The position numbers and the translations under genes were made by a program. A stretch of 64,000 bases of DNA, from NCBI GenBank assembly GCA_028534125.1, contig CM052823.1:26970001-27034000 (forward strand). Direction: 5' to 3'. Of this stretch, positions 1-11,759 are shown in pieces. Below the pieces are notes generated by a model. The model had not been told where the DNA came from, searched no databases, and saw only the letters and a program-made list of their open reading frames with translations. Every line of letters begins with the position of its first letter. The stretch's first letter is position 1. This DNA is from Lama glama. Lineage: Eukaryota.

Positions 1-1659
1 GATGAAGAGTGATGCCAGTGAGGTGGTGGGGGCACTCGAGTCCCCTATCAGAGTCATGAACAGGCACCCAGGTCAGTGCCTTCACCTTCTGGTGTCTCCC
101 CTGCCTCAGGCTTGACAAGGGGGACAACAGTTGCTCCTGTAGAACGTTTTGAAAGTGGCCATCTGGAGGATGGAGTGTGGTTTGGACACTCAGAAAGGAT
201 GAGAGGCTCAGGGCAGAGTAAACAGTGAGCCATGTCTATTTTTGACTTCTCTCCTATTTTCCTCCCAGGCTTCCCTCTCCTCGCTTCCTATATCCACCTT
301 GTCCGCTGTCCTCCATAGGATATATGGAGTCCTCATGACCACGTGGATGGAGCCCACAGGGCTCTGAGGGGGAAAGGCCACATTCTTACGGGAGCAAACT
401 AGGAGAAGGGAGATTCACAGCACCCACCGGCTGCAGGGCCAGGGCTGGGGCTTCAGGGAACGTGAGGTGGGCAGAGAAGGGAACCAACTGGGATGTGCAC
501 ACAGGGTGGAAGGCGGGGACTGCGAGCCTAGATTCCCCTTGGGAATGCGGGGCTCTGGAGTGAAGGGCTGAGAACCAGTCTCTCTGGCCCATGTGGTCAC
601 AGCAGAGAGGAGTCCCCGGCCTAAAGGTCCTGGGCAGTGGGTGGGATGGGGCCTTTGGTCCCTCGGAAACTCACAGCATCCTATTGCCTTGTGTTCTTCC
701 AGTCTCTGACCTCCTGGGGGAGGCCGGCCACTCTCTCCCTGGGTGGGCACTGATGGACCAGGCCCTTTGTTCATCCTTGTGGCCAGCAATGACCTGCACT
801 TTCCCTGATACAAGGCAGGCACCCCATGCAGTTTTATTTTATGAAGAATGAATGCTTGAGGGAATGAATGAATCCCTCAGTCATGAGGAAGTGCTCCCCA
901 ATCACAGGATTCTCACTCCCCACCTGTGCAGTCAGGCACAGTCTCTGGGTCTCCCCGACCCTTCTAGCCACTCAGCCCTGGCCCGGCCAGAGAAACGACT
1001 TCACCTCACAGCACTCACTCTCCCATCGCCACGGCCTTGGTTCTTGCAGATTCCTTACTAGGCAGACCGGAGAGGGAGCCCCTTGTTTCATATGTGAGGA
1101 AACTGAGGCTCAGAGAGGTCAGGGGGCGACAGAGCTGGGACCTGCTGACCCCATCCCAGAGGCTCTTGTGCCCATCTATGTCTCCTATAACTGATACCCA
1201 AGTGCCTCAGAAATGGGGCCAAAGAGGGGCCAGGAAGGGAGGCTCAGATTCAAGAAGGAACCTGCAGCGTAGATTTCATCCTGTCCCCCTGGAGGAGAGC
1301 GCACAGCTGTTGGGGGACTGGCAGGACTTGCAGGAGCAGAAGGAATGGGGCCAAGGGAGATTCCAAGGAGCCCCATAGTCTGGGTCAGCATGAAGGGAAA
1401 AATGGGTGCTTCCGCTCCAGAGAAGCATTTGAGTGGTGGCTGCCCTGGGAACTGCTTCTCTAACTTTGGCCTCAGCCAGGAGTGGGTGGGAGTGAGCTCA
1501 AGACTTGACCCTCAGAAAGACGGGCGCTCCAGGTGAGGAGGAGCCTGGGGAACTGCCTCACTGTAGGGCAATGCGGGCAGTGGGCAGGGGGCAGCAGCTC
1601 AGCCAGGAAGTGTCTCAGGTGTGTCCAGGAGGCCCCGCAAGCAAACCATGGCACACAGA

Positions 1660-1662
<3 letters not shown>

Positions 1663-1720
<58 letters not shown>
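1663..1720 (+). repeat. Compound microsatellite (CT)14(CA)15
   Basis: Seen directly. Confidence 0.97.
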
Positions 1721-1726
<6 letters not shown>

Positions 1727-2289
1727 AGGGAGAGGAGGGATCTAGCTGCTGTTCCAGAATAAAATAGCAAACTGCCAATCAACCCTAAAGAAAGAGCTGA
1801 CCCAGGCAAACAGAAAAGAGGCGGGAGGAAAACCCTAGCAGCCGAATTAGAGAGCCAGGCACCCTCCTGCCCCTCGCATTGCCCTGCAGGTTGGCCAGGG
1901 GCAGTCACAGGGGGCCACCAGGAGGGGGCGGGCAGAGGAAGGGCTAGAACAGACCCCATGCCTTGGTGTCCATTCCCGGACAGAGGGGCAGCCCTCCCAG
2001 CCAGGAACGGAGCGGGCTGTGTCACCAGCTGCTGTGTGCCCTAAATAAGTGACTTCATCTCTCCGAACATCCATTTCTTCCTGGACAGGTGGGCCTGATC
2101 TGTCTCCCCAAATTAATGAAAACAGGGCAGGTAAGAATGTTTGACAAATGGAAAAGTCAGTGCTTAGGCAGGCCTGGCGTGCCAGCTTGGAAATCACTGT
2201 GTCTGGATCTCAGGGTCCCCAGTCAGCAAGCAGTCAAGAAATACTGAGCACCTACTATGTGCTGGGATAACTTATGTGCTGGGGTGAGA

Positions 2290-2490
2290 CTGTGGGCTTA
2301 GGAGTCACATTGACCTGGGTTTGAACACCAGCTCCACTCCTTCCCAGCTGTGTGATCTGATGTATTAAATTCAGCGAGCCTCGGTTTTCTTGCCTCTAAA
2401 ATGGGGTTCATACTAGGGCCCAAGTTGCTGGGTTGCTGGGAGAGTTAGATGAGATTGTCTATGTAAAACTCCCAGCACAGGCTCTCGGTA
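2290..2490 (+). mobile_element. MIR
   Basis: gacctgggtttgaa..ccagctccac, gcctcggttttc..gcct.taaaatgggg core. Confidence 0.7.
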
Positions 2491-2782
2491 AACACTAATA
2501 TTTATTTTGGCTGTGCTGGTTGTCAGGGGCCAGGGAAACAATGTCGACAAGACAAATAACCCCTGCCCTCATGGAGCTCACAGGCTGCACGATGGACATT
2601 TAACAACTATTTACCTGAAGAAGTACTTACTCATGAATAAAACAATAGACTTGACCTGGACACGGGCATCAGCCCCCACAGACCCTCACTCTAGAAGGCT
2701 TGTTTGAGTCTATGTGTCACGTCTCCACTGTGTGTTCTCCAGGGCTGCTGGCCATCCTGTGCCCAGGGGCGAGGAGGCTTAC

Positions 2783-2905
2783 CTGCCTGCCTTCTCTTGG
2801 GTTGCACATCTGCAGTACGACCAGGGTTCCAGGGGAGACAGAGGTGGAAGTGGTAGCCAGGCATTTCCGCTGCTGCTGGATGAGATGGTCACTGAATAGC
2901 CACGC
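2783..2905 (-). CDS. GALNT16: GALNT16 exon 14 (123 bp), lectin domain: AWLFSDHLIQQQRKCLATTSTSVSPGTLVVLQMCNPREGRQ
   Basis: Acceptor ggcag|GCG, donor AG|gtaagc; QxW motif spans the exon 13/14 junction; phase 0-0. Confidence 0.94.
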
Positions 2906-3587
2906 CTGCCAGACAGAGAGCAGAAAGGCCGGGTCAAAAAGTATAGTGATGGATGGATAGATGGGTAGATAGTTAATAAAGCAAATACACTGTGTATCTT
3001 GGTAGAATTTTTTTTTTTACAAATAAGGATGGATTTATGGGTAGTCATTGTACAATTCTTTCAACTTTTCTATGTGTTTGAAATTTTTCATAATAGAGTA
3101 TTGGGGTGGGGAGCTCAGCTGGAGCTGGCCAGAGGGCAATCGAGGATGGATGAAAGGATGCTTGGGATGGGGAGAAAGACAGGACGTGGGAGCAGGGCAG
3201 CCAGGGAGCCAGTCCACACCGTGGTCTCCGTGACCTGCTCTAGTTTGACAGTGGTGCATCAACACGTGGTACACATGGGAGTCCCAGGCGCCCTGCGGCT
3301 GGCCTGTCATACAGGCTGACCACAGCTGCAACGCAGGAGAGAACTGGGTACTGTTTGGGCAGCATTCCTCCCTCTGCAAGGAGAAAGCCAGTGGTGCTCA
3401 GAGGGCAACTGTGTGACAGGCTAAAATGGGGACAGAATGTGGCAGGAGCAGAGTGCTAGGGGACAGCTCGCAGGGTCCTTGGGAAAGGGGGTTAGTGGAG
3501 AGTGAAAACAGAAAGAAGATGAGAATGGGCAGAAGAAAGCCCCTCACCCCACTCCCAGGCCTATCCCGGAGGTCCCAAGCAGCTTAC

Positions 3588-3726
3588 CTGGGCCACTGGG
3601 GGGTTCTTGGCAGACCCTCTGCAGACCCCCATTCCGAGCAGGAAGTTGCCAGCCGTGTCCTGGCCTTGGAATTCTAGGCAGTTAGTCCCCTGCTTAATGA
3701 TGCCTGGCACTTCCTTCACAGGGACA
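3588..3726 (-). CDS. GALNT16: GALNT16 exon 13 (139 bp), lectin domain: VPVKEVPGIIKQGTNCLEFQGQDTAGNFLLGMGVCRGSAKNPPVAQ
   Basis: Acceptor tctcag|T, donor AG|gtaagc; ricin-B repeat cysteine pair; resembles the recalled GALNT16 C-terminal region. Confidence 0.94.
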
Positions 3727-4009
3727 CTGAGAGAAAAGGCAGTGATCAGGCTTGTCCTCTGCCCTCTGCGGGCTTACCCAGAGGGCAACACCCAGTCAGC
3801 TCCCGGGGCACCCAGGACTCCGTGGGGTGGGGCCCTGGGAGGCAGGCCCAGCAGCAGAGGGTGGGTTCTGAGCACCTCTGGGAACCTCAGGGACTGCCCT
3901 GGAGGCCAGGCCTCGGAGGACCTGGTGAGGAGAGAGCTCAAACCAGAAACCAGGGCTCCCCAGCCCAGAAAGAGGATATCCCGGGTAGAGGCTGGGCCTA
4001 AATGTGGGC

Positions 4010-4720
4010 TCAATAAGCAATCTCCAAATGACAGGGAAGGGGTCGCTTTGACAAACTTAATACACACAAATATGAAACTGTATTCAATCTCACTAATGAT
4101 TAAAGAAATACATATTAGGGAGTTACCACTGTTTACCATATGTATATATATGTGTGTGTTTATGTATATTTGTATATATAAGATAATAAATATTTATATA
4201 TTTAAATGCATGTGTCTATGTGTGTGTATGTATGTGTGTGTGTATATATATATATATATATTTTTTTTAAATATCAATACCTGTGTTGGCAACAGCTGTG
4301 GGATTGGATCATTTCATACTGCACACATAAAAGCACAATTTGGCCCATCTTTTCTAGAGGACACTGTGGTATTATGCATCAAAGACCTTAAAAATGTACA
4401 CACCTTTGACCTAACAATCCCACTTCCGAGAACTTAATATCCTAGGGCAATAATTATGGATGTGTATAGAGATTTGTTTTAAAGGCTGTTAATTCAGGGT
4501 GACTGATTATGCTGAAAACACTGGAAATTCCTAGATATCTAACAAGAGGGTATGGGCTAAGTAAATTCTGATTCATCTGTAGGATGGAAAACTCTTTAGC
4601 CATTAAAAATGACTCTGAGACAGAATACCTGGTAATGTGGAAAAGTGTTCATAATATACTATTGAGTAAAACAGGCACATTTCAAAATAGTATATTATTG
4701 AAACATTTTATACACACAGA
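4010..4720 (+). mobile_element. Old L1ME-like fragment with embedded TA/TG-rich low-complexity tract (about 4138-4268)
   Basis: cctttgacctaacaatcccacttc..gaa and ttagccattaaaaatga L1 3' strings. Confidence 0.6.
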
Positions 4721-7048
4721 CAAACATGCTTAAACACACACACACACACTGACATAAGACGCACTGTCTTACCACATGGGTAATAAACCTAAGGAGGCTG
4801 CTAGTCCCAGCTGATGAGGGCTTATACTCCTGGGTTTAGAATGCTATATACGAGCTTGGATTATGGATGCACAGAGGGGTGATGGGGAACCAGGAGAGCT
4901 TAGAGTCTGACCCCGTGCCTAATTCTATCTGCCTCTCCGTTATCTTTGTCAGGAAGAGAACTTGGGCAGGGGGCGCAGATCAGACAGGGTGTCCCCCTCT
5001 GGGTGGGGCTTGTGCATTTCAACAAGCCGCAGTCCCCTCCACTCCCTATTGTCATCCCCATCCACTTGACTTATTTCCATTACCATTCTAATCACTGTGG
5101 GTTTTAAGTTTGAAACCTCTGCTAGGTGCAAGGCTGTTGAGAGGCAAGAGCTCCATCCTTCTGCTTCAACCAGGGGCAATGAGTTATATTTCCTCTCTAC
5201 AGAGAGTAAGGTCCTACTGGAGCTTCTCTGAGAGGCCAAGGTTGTGCCAGACCTTTCTCTTCTCTTCCTCTCCCTACCCCTTGCTGCTTAGGCAGATGTG
5301 CAAGTTGAACAGTTTTCAGAGGTGAGGCAGGCACTATCCAAATGTGGCAATGGCCACTGGCACCACAGGCCTGCCCACTGAGGCTTATGGAAGAAACCCA
5401 GGGCTTGAGCAGCAATCTCAAGACCAGATGAAGCTCCTGAGGTGTCTGAGTGGTAGCAGCCCTGGAGCAGCTGGGATGACTCTCACCTGCTTCCTCTGCT
5501 TCCGGGCAGAGCCAGGCTAAGCCGTCCTGTTTGTTGGTCACCCTCTTAAGTCTGCATCTGCTTCCCTCTCTATGGATCACCTCCAAGCTGGGCTGCCATT
5601 AGCCCTCATGATGTCTTTGTAGAAGACATCTTTGCTATAGGAGCCCCTTTCTCAAGATACTTCCATCTGTTATAAAATCATCAGAAAATCTGGTTTTGTT
5701 AGAAGACTTTCACTGCCATCTTCCAGGAACTGTTGTAATAAATGTGCCATATCTACTGCATGACCAACACCCTTGCAAATGTGATGTGCTTGTACAATGC
5801 ACAGCCTGCACAACTGTTCCTGACCAGCCTAATAAAAGCAATATATTAGCAATTGCTGAGCCAGCTGCAGAACTCGGATCTGGAAAAGGGGCAGAGTTGT
5901 AGCAGCACTGCAGGCCAGCCTAGGAAAGCAAAGGCCTCTCCCTTCAGCCTCCTTGGCCTCCCCATTGCCCATGTGCAAGTGCATCCCAACTACTAGGATC
6001 CCCTGTTTGGAGGAAAGTTGGTATCATTTGGACCCATAGATCTCCTTTTGAACCAACAGCCTGATCCCTTCCTGGCCCCTCAGCCTGAGAACTGAGGCCA
6101 AACATGAATGAACAGACTGAGGATGAGTAATCTGGATCGGAATGAGCTGCATTTTCTACCTAAACAACAAAAAATCATTTTTAAACTCCCACACGGTGAC
6201 AGAACAAACAGAAGATGACTTATGCTTCTTATTGAACAAGGCTGGTTTCATCCACTCTCCTGTCTTGTGATCGATCCAGGCTCGTGATAGGCATAAACTA
6301 CTTCTTTCTCTCAGTCCTCTGGGGATGACATGGGACAGCATGGAGGGACAGGGTGTGAGGAGGAGGGGCACAGCTGGGTCCTCCCCAACACTTCCCCTGG
6401 GCTCCCCAGCTCCTGCCTGAGGCCTAGAGTCCATGGCTCCAACCGGATGTTGCAGGAACTCTGACAGAATGGAAAGAACTGACCATGATTTTTTCCTCAG
6501 AAATGACACATATGAATGAAACTGTCCCCTTAAAAGTGGCCACTTGAGGAAGCTGTTCATTTATTATACTTTTATAAATTAATGTTCTTCCCTTCACAGC
6601 TATCATCTGGGGAGCTGGGGTTATCCAGCCTGCCAACTTTTTTCAAGGATGTTGCCGTTGCTTCAACTGTTTTGGAATTCCTTGAACGTAGCTCCCAGAG
6701 TCACTTTATTCTTGTTCCTTATTTCAGTCTTGTCACCCTGTATTGAGAACCCAGGACTGTATCATCTGGGGGAATCAACTAGCTTATTCCCTGGACTTGG
6801 CTGCAACTTAACCACAGCTGTATTCCAAAAATCAAATCTGCCCTCAAAGGACAGAGATGTGCCTCCTTTGAGGATATGCAGGCTCTGAAGGGTGGTGTGT
6901 TCTAGAAAGCCATGGCAGAATCCTTGGGAGACAGCAGTGGAATAACCCATTCCCCAAGGTGACAGATCTACAAGAGAGAATGCTAATTTCAAAGTTATTA
7001 CTGAGGTTTATTCACTGTGCAATTTATTCAGTTAAAAATATTTATCAA

Positions 7049-7135
7049 GTGGTGGGTATAGCTCAGTGGTGGAGCGATGCTTAACATACATGAGATCCTG
7101 GGTTCAATCCCCAGTACCTCCATTAAAAAAAAAAA
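7049..7135 (+). mobile_element. tRNA-derived SINE, camelid Vic-1-like
   Basis: A box TAGCTCAGTGG, B box GGTTCAATCCC, CAGTACCTCC end, poly-A. Confidence 0.85.
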
Positions 7136-7140
7136 TTTAA

Positions 7141-7527
7141 AAAGGGAAGATGGCCAAGTAGTAGGACCATGAGCTCGCCTCTCCACGACCACAAAACCAC
7201 AGCTGACTGCTAAACAACCATCGGAAAAAAGAGACTGGAACTTAGCAAAAAAGATCTTCAACTGGAAACATACAGAGGGAACCACAGTAGGATGGTAAGA
7301 GAGGCTTGCGATATATTTGGGCCCCATACCCTGCCCCCACCAGTTGGGCCACCCACAAATTGAAGAATAACTAAGTTGCAGAGACCCTCCCACAAGAGTG
7401 AGAGTTCTGAGCCCCATATCAGGCTCCCCAGCCCAAGGTTCTGGCACTGGGAGGAGGAGACCCCAGGACATCTGGTTTTGAAGGCCAGTGGAGCTTAACT
7501 CCAGGAATCCCACAGAACTGGGAGGAG
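7141..7527 (+). mobile_element. LINE-1 5'UTR (cetartiodactyl-type) running into the gap
   Basis: Starts GGGAAGATGGCC (YY1-type L1 start) and contains characteristic L1 5'UTR strings (gagagttctgagcccca..tcaggctccccagcc, tctggttttgaaggccag). Confidence 0.7.
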
Positions 7528-8027
7528 NNNNNNNNNNNNNNNNNNNNNNNNNNNNNNNNNNNNNNNNNNNNNNNNNNNNNNNNNNNNNNNNNNNNNNNNN
7601 NNNNNNNNNNNNNNNNNNNNNNNNNNNNNNNNNNNNNNNNNNNNNNNNNNNNNNNNNNNNNNNNNNNNNNNNNNNNNNNNNNNNNNNNNNNNNNNNNNNN
7701 NNNNNNNNNNNNNNNNNNNNNNNNNNNNNNNNNNNNNNNNNNNNNNNNNNNNNNNNNNNNNNNNNNNNNNNNNNNNNNNNNNNNNNNNNNNNNNNNNNNN
7801 NNNNNNNNNNNNNNNNNNNNNNNNNNNNNNNNNNNNNNNNNNNNNNNNNNNNNNNNNNNNNNNNNNNNNNNNNNNNNNNNNNNNNNNNNNNNNNNNNNNN
7901 NNNNNNNNNNNNNNNNNNNNNNNNNNNNNNNNNNNNNNNNNNNNNNNNNNNNNNNNNNNNNNNNNNNNNNNNNNNNNNNNNNNNNNNNNNNNNNNNNNNN
8001 NNNNNNNNNNNNNNNNNNNNNNNNNNN
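7528..8027. other. 500-N scaffold gap (placeholder size), probably containing GALNT16 exons 10-12 and the rest of an L1
   Basis: Exactly 500 N; the only uncalled sequence between exons 9 and 13. Confidence 0.85.
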
Positions 8028-8519
8028 ATCTGGACCGACACCCAGGGTTGGCTCTGTTCATGGGCTTCCCTAGGTCTGCCTGCAAACTGCCAGGCTTCTG
8101 CCCCATCTCCTGGGCAGAGCTCTGCAGCTGGTTCAGCAAGTGAGATTCAGAACCGGGTATGGAAGACCTGCGTTCGGGTTCCATTTCTGCCAGACTAACT
8201 CTGTTAAGCCAGTTGGGTCACTTTATCCCACTCAGCCTACATCGTCCATGCTGTTATTACTACTTATTGTCATTATTATCAACAATGGCAGTAACCATCA
8301 TCCACTTAATGGGCCCTTCACTCTGCGCTCTTTATAGCTGCTGTCTAATTCTCACAGCAATCATGCGACACTGGTGTTATTATCCCCGTGTTTTTAATAA
8401 GGACCATGAAGCTCAAAGATGTTAAGTAACCTCTCCAAAGTCACCTACACACTCAGTTGCAGAATTACAATGTAGAGTTCCCGCACTGTCCAGCCGGTAG
8501 CACTTGTTGGAATCAGATT

Positions 8520-9080
8520 CTTTAGTTAATTCAGCAAATTTTTATTGAGGACCTATTTATTATAGGTCAGACACTGTTCTAGAATCCCTGACACCCTAGT
8601 AGGGGGAGACAGGAACTCAGTAAAATAAGAAACAAAAAAACAAGCAGGCAAGAAAATGCATAGCATATAGGCCTTCCAGCCAATGGTAATAAGCACAACG
8701 GAGAGGATGGAGCAGGTAGGAGATAAAGGAAGGTGAGTGGAGTTGGGGGCAGGGCACAATTTCAATGAGGCTGATGAGGGAAGTTCTCATGAATGGGGAC
8801 TGGCCATTTGAGCTGAGACCGCAAATGAGGTGAGGAAGAGTCACATAGATCTAAGGGAAGCGCGTTTGCGGAGCAAGGCAAAGATCTAGAGGTAAGAGCT
8901 AGTGGGCAGGAGTGGAGCGAGGCGGGGTAGGGGGAGGAGCAGCAGGAGCTGAGGGCAGAGCTGGTGGTGTGTGCTTGTGGGGGGAGGGCAGATGGAGTAA
9001 GGACCAGGTTTTGCTCTCAGTGATGCGGGAGCCCTCGCAGTGAAATGATCTGACTACGTTTTAAAACAGTCCCTAATGTG
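8520..9080 (-). mobile_element. L2 3' fragment
   Basis: attcagcaaatt.ttattgag.acct, catttgagctgagacc, aatgatctgact.cgttttaaaa. Confidence 0.65.
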
Positions 9081-10809
9081 AATCCCAAAGTTTTCACGTT
9101 TGCCACCCCCACTCAAGGTGGCCTCTGGGTTCCCGAGTTTGGCTCTCTCGGGGGACACAGGAATGATTTGGTTTGGGCATCTCTCTTCCTTCAACAAAGG
9201 GATAAAATGAAAGGCCCAGATCCACCAGCGGCGGGAGTCTCCTGGCTCAAAACTGGTCCCAGCAGCTGAACGTCTGAGCAGCCCGACTAGCCTAGGAATT
9301 TCTTTGAATTTCTTCGAAGAAACAAAACCCTCCCTAGGCCCACTGTGCGGTTCACCTTTCAAGTTCCCCCACCACTGAGCCCTGGCCTCAGGCAGAGTTT
9401 GAAGTTAGCTATTTGATCATTCATTTGTTTCTCCATCAGGCCCCAGCCTAAAAAGAAGAAAAAAAAAAAAAAAGAAGGGAAAAAGAAAAAGGCCTCTGGA
9501 AGCAGGAGAGACCATCGGTTTCCCAGCCGTCTGAGTCTGTACAGGAAACCAGCTTTGCCAAAGCTCCCTTCAGGCTGAGACTCAGGACACAAAAGAGGTC
9601 ACATAGGCCCAAAATACATGAAAGGAGGTCGGAATGGAAGGGTCACTGCACCCCAGTTCCCAGAATTTATTCCTCCAAATGCCTGCCTGGAAACGGTTTC
9701 CAAGAGTAAATTACAAAAGGGAGAAAATCCCACACTGTTTCCACTCCGGCTGGTTCTGAGTCGGAGCCCATCTGCCCATCTGTGTCCCAATCAGGGAGGG
9801 AAGATAGACCTGGTCCTCACGTCCCAGAAACACGGAATCTGACTTGGATCGCACCTCACAACACTTAAGTGGCTCCAGTAAAGGTGAAACCTGCACCTGT
9901 CAGAAGTGGAGTTTCCTGACTGAGACCTGGAAAGCGGCGCCCACTTGTCAGATGGGTGAAAAACCACCAGCCCTATTTACCTCAAGAGAAACCTAGTCAG
10001 GATGAAAAAGAGCAGAGGCAAGGGCCCTGCAAAGGACTGACTGGGTCCGCTGCCAGAGCTAGAACAGGCCTTCGTGTTTTATTGGCCTCAAGGTACCTGT
10101 CCTGATTCCTCGAGAGCTCGGGGATCGCTCTCTGTCCACCTTCATCCCACTCCTCAGCTGGGAGGCTGCCTGCGTGGCTGCACCACGGGGCTTCCTTCCT
10201 GTGTGCAGATGGGTTCCGCCAGCAGGTCGCGGGGGAGAGTGAGGGTGGGTGTTTATCCCCCTGACATCTTCCACTGGCTGCGGTAGGCTGCGGTAGGCTG
10301 GCTGCAGGCACCACCCCCCCCCCCCCGCCCTGAGAGCACAGCTCCTGTAAGGGAGTGCCCCTGCCCCGTCTTCCAGACCTAGGGGTGGCTACGCCTCCCA
10401 GCAGTCCCCAGCCCAGCCCAGCACTATCCTGTGTCTTGTGGTTCCTTGTAACTTGCCCACAGAGCCCAGTGTGGCAAACTACCCTTAGATGATCCACATC
10501 AGGTATTCCATCTGTAGCCACCCTTTACCTCACCTGAACCTCATCAGCGACCCTGGGGTGTTCCCTGGCTCTTCCCTTTCCTTCTGGGGCTAAAGGGTTC
10601 CTCCAGCTTCATAAGTAATGATAATGGTCATGAGCATTTTAACCTCTCATCTTCCTTAGTACTCATAACAGCCTCTCGGGGAAACTGAGTCTCAGGGAAG
10701 GTTTCACATGCCCAGGGCCAAACAGCAGTAGGGCCAGGATTTGAACCCATTGCTTACATTTAACCCCTATCCTCTACAGCACACCCCTACCCCCAGCTTT
10801 TCTGGTAAA

Positions 10810-11100
10810 GAAGCAGTCACGTGGTTAAGCTGTGGTCTCTGTTACAGTCTGTATTCTGCCCGCTCCCCCATGCCCATCTAACCATGTGGTCACAGGCTCC
10901 CCCTGACCACCTAATCTCTTTGTTGACTAGCTGTGTGGCTCTGGGCAAATTACTTGACTTCTCTGTGCCTCCGTTTCTTTACCAGGAAAATGGAGCTATA
11001 ATAGCACTTACTTTAGAGAGTTATTGTGAGAATGTAACAAGTTAATGTGTGTGAAGTCCTTAGAACAGGTCCTCACATGTAGAAAGTGCTCAATCTGGGT
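10810..11100 (+). mobile_element. MIR whose tail merges into a trinucleotide repeat
   Basis: actagctgtgtggctctgggcaaattacttgacttctctgtgcctc.gtttc core; agtgctcaat end. Confidence 0.75.
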
Positions 11101-11102
11101 TA

Positions 11103-11153
11103 CTTCTTCTTCTTCTTCTTCTTCTTCTTATTATTATTATTATTATTATTATT
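11103..11153 (+). repeat. Compound microsatellite (CTT)9(ATT)8
   Basis: Seen directly; begins 24 nt into intron 9 on the gene strand. Confidence 0.97.
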
Positions 11154-11176
11154 ATGGCGGCTATTTCCCAACTTAC

Positions 11177-11280
11177 CAAAATTCTCTCCTCCCCATATGT
11201 CCATCTGGGCATCATACTTTCCCAAATGGTTAAACCAGGACTTGTCAATCACGAAGATTCCTCCAGCTATGACAGGTGTC
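11177..11280 (-). CDS. GALNT16: GALNT16 exon 9 (104 bp): [34 protein letters not shown](E)
   Basis: Acceptor cccag|G, donor TG|gtaagt; Gal/GalNAc-T motif AGG.F and WGGEN. Confidence 0.98.
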
Positions 11281-11563
11281 CTGGGAGCAAGGAGAGGAAA
11301 GAGGTAACATGTGAGCTGGAGAAGCTGGACCCCTCTGGACGGCCCCAGGACCCAGGCCATTTGCCCTGGGATCTCCCCACTTGCAGAGTCACTGGGGCTG
11401 GTCTCTGGCCTCTGGCCTCTTTCTCTCCAGGGCCCAGAACAGAGTCAGCACTTAGATTGTGCACCCCCAGGAGCCCCAGGAACTGGAACGGCCACCCAGC
11501 AGCCTCCAGGGCCCCTGACTCAGAGAAAGAAGGGTTCTCTCCAGAGCCCACAGCCACTCTAAC

Positions 11564-11648
11564 CTAATGGGCTTGGTGGGGTCTGTCCGGGCAATCTTCT
11601 GCTCAAGAGGAATCTGCTCCCACTTGAAATGCAGGCTCCAGTCGAATC
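11564..11648 (-). CDS. GALNT16: GALNT16 exon 8 (85 bp): [27 protein letters not shown](R)
   Basis: Acceptor cttag|G, donor AG|gttaga; GFDW.L.F.W motif. Confidence 0.97.
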
Positions 11649-11759
11649 CTAAGGAACAGAATGGGGTGAGGACGGGGCTCGGGTGCTGCTGCTCCACCAC
11701 CCCTCAGAGTCTCCCTTAATCAGAGCCCAGCTTGCAGAGGACCCTGGGCAATTTGTGCA

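Noticed and set aside
1-2782. Search for the terminal coding exon (KW...QQW..stop)
   Set aside because: Not present; it must lie beyond the left edge of the window.
3607-4437. 276-aa plus-strand ORF
   Set aside because: Antisense to exon 13 and continues through an old L1 and a TA/TG tract; no protein-like features.
5480-5510. ctcacctgcttcctctgcttcc as a possible remnant of exon 12
   Set aside because: Only a short match; the translation does not give the expected CKSFRWYL segment.
7049-7135. tRNA-like sequences (also 21830-21959 and 44764-44862)
   Set aside because: Degenerate stems, poly-A tails and a TSD mark them as SINEs, not tRNA genes.
7028-8198. ORFs of 229-337 aa (likewise those at 14177-14901 and 31330-32055)
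   Set aside because: Their length comes from translated N runs.
11100-11360. ORF ending in poly-Asn/poly-Lys
   Set aside because: It is exon 9 read through into an intronic microsatellite, not a separate gene.
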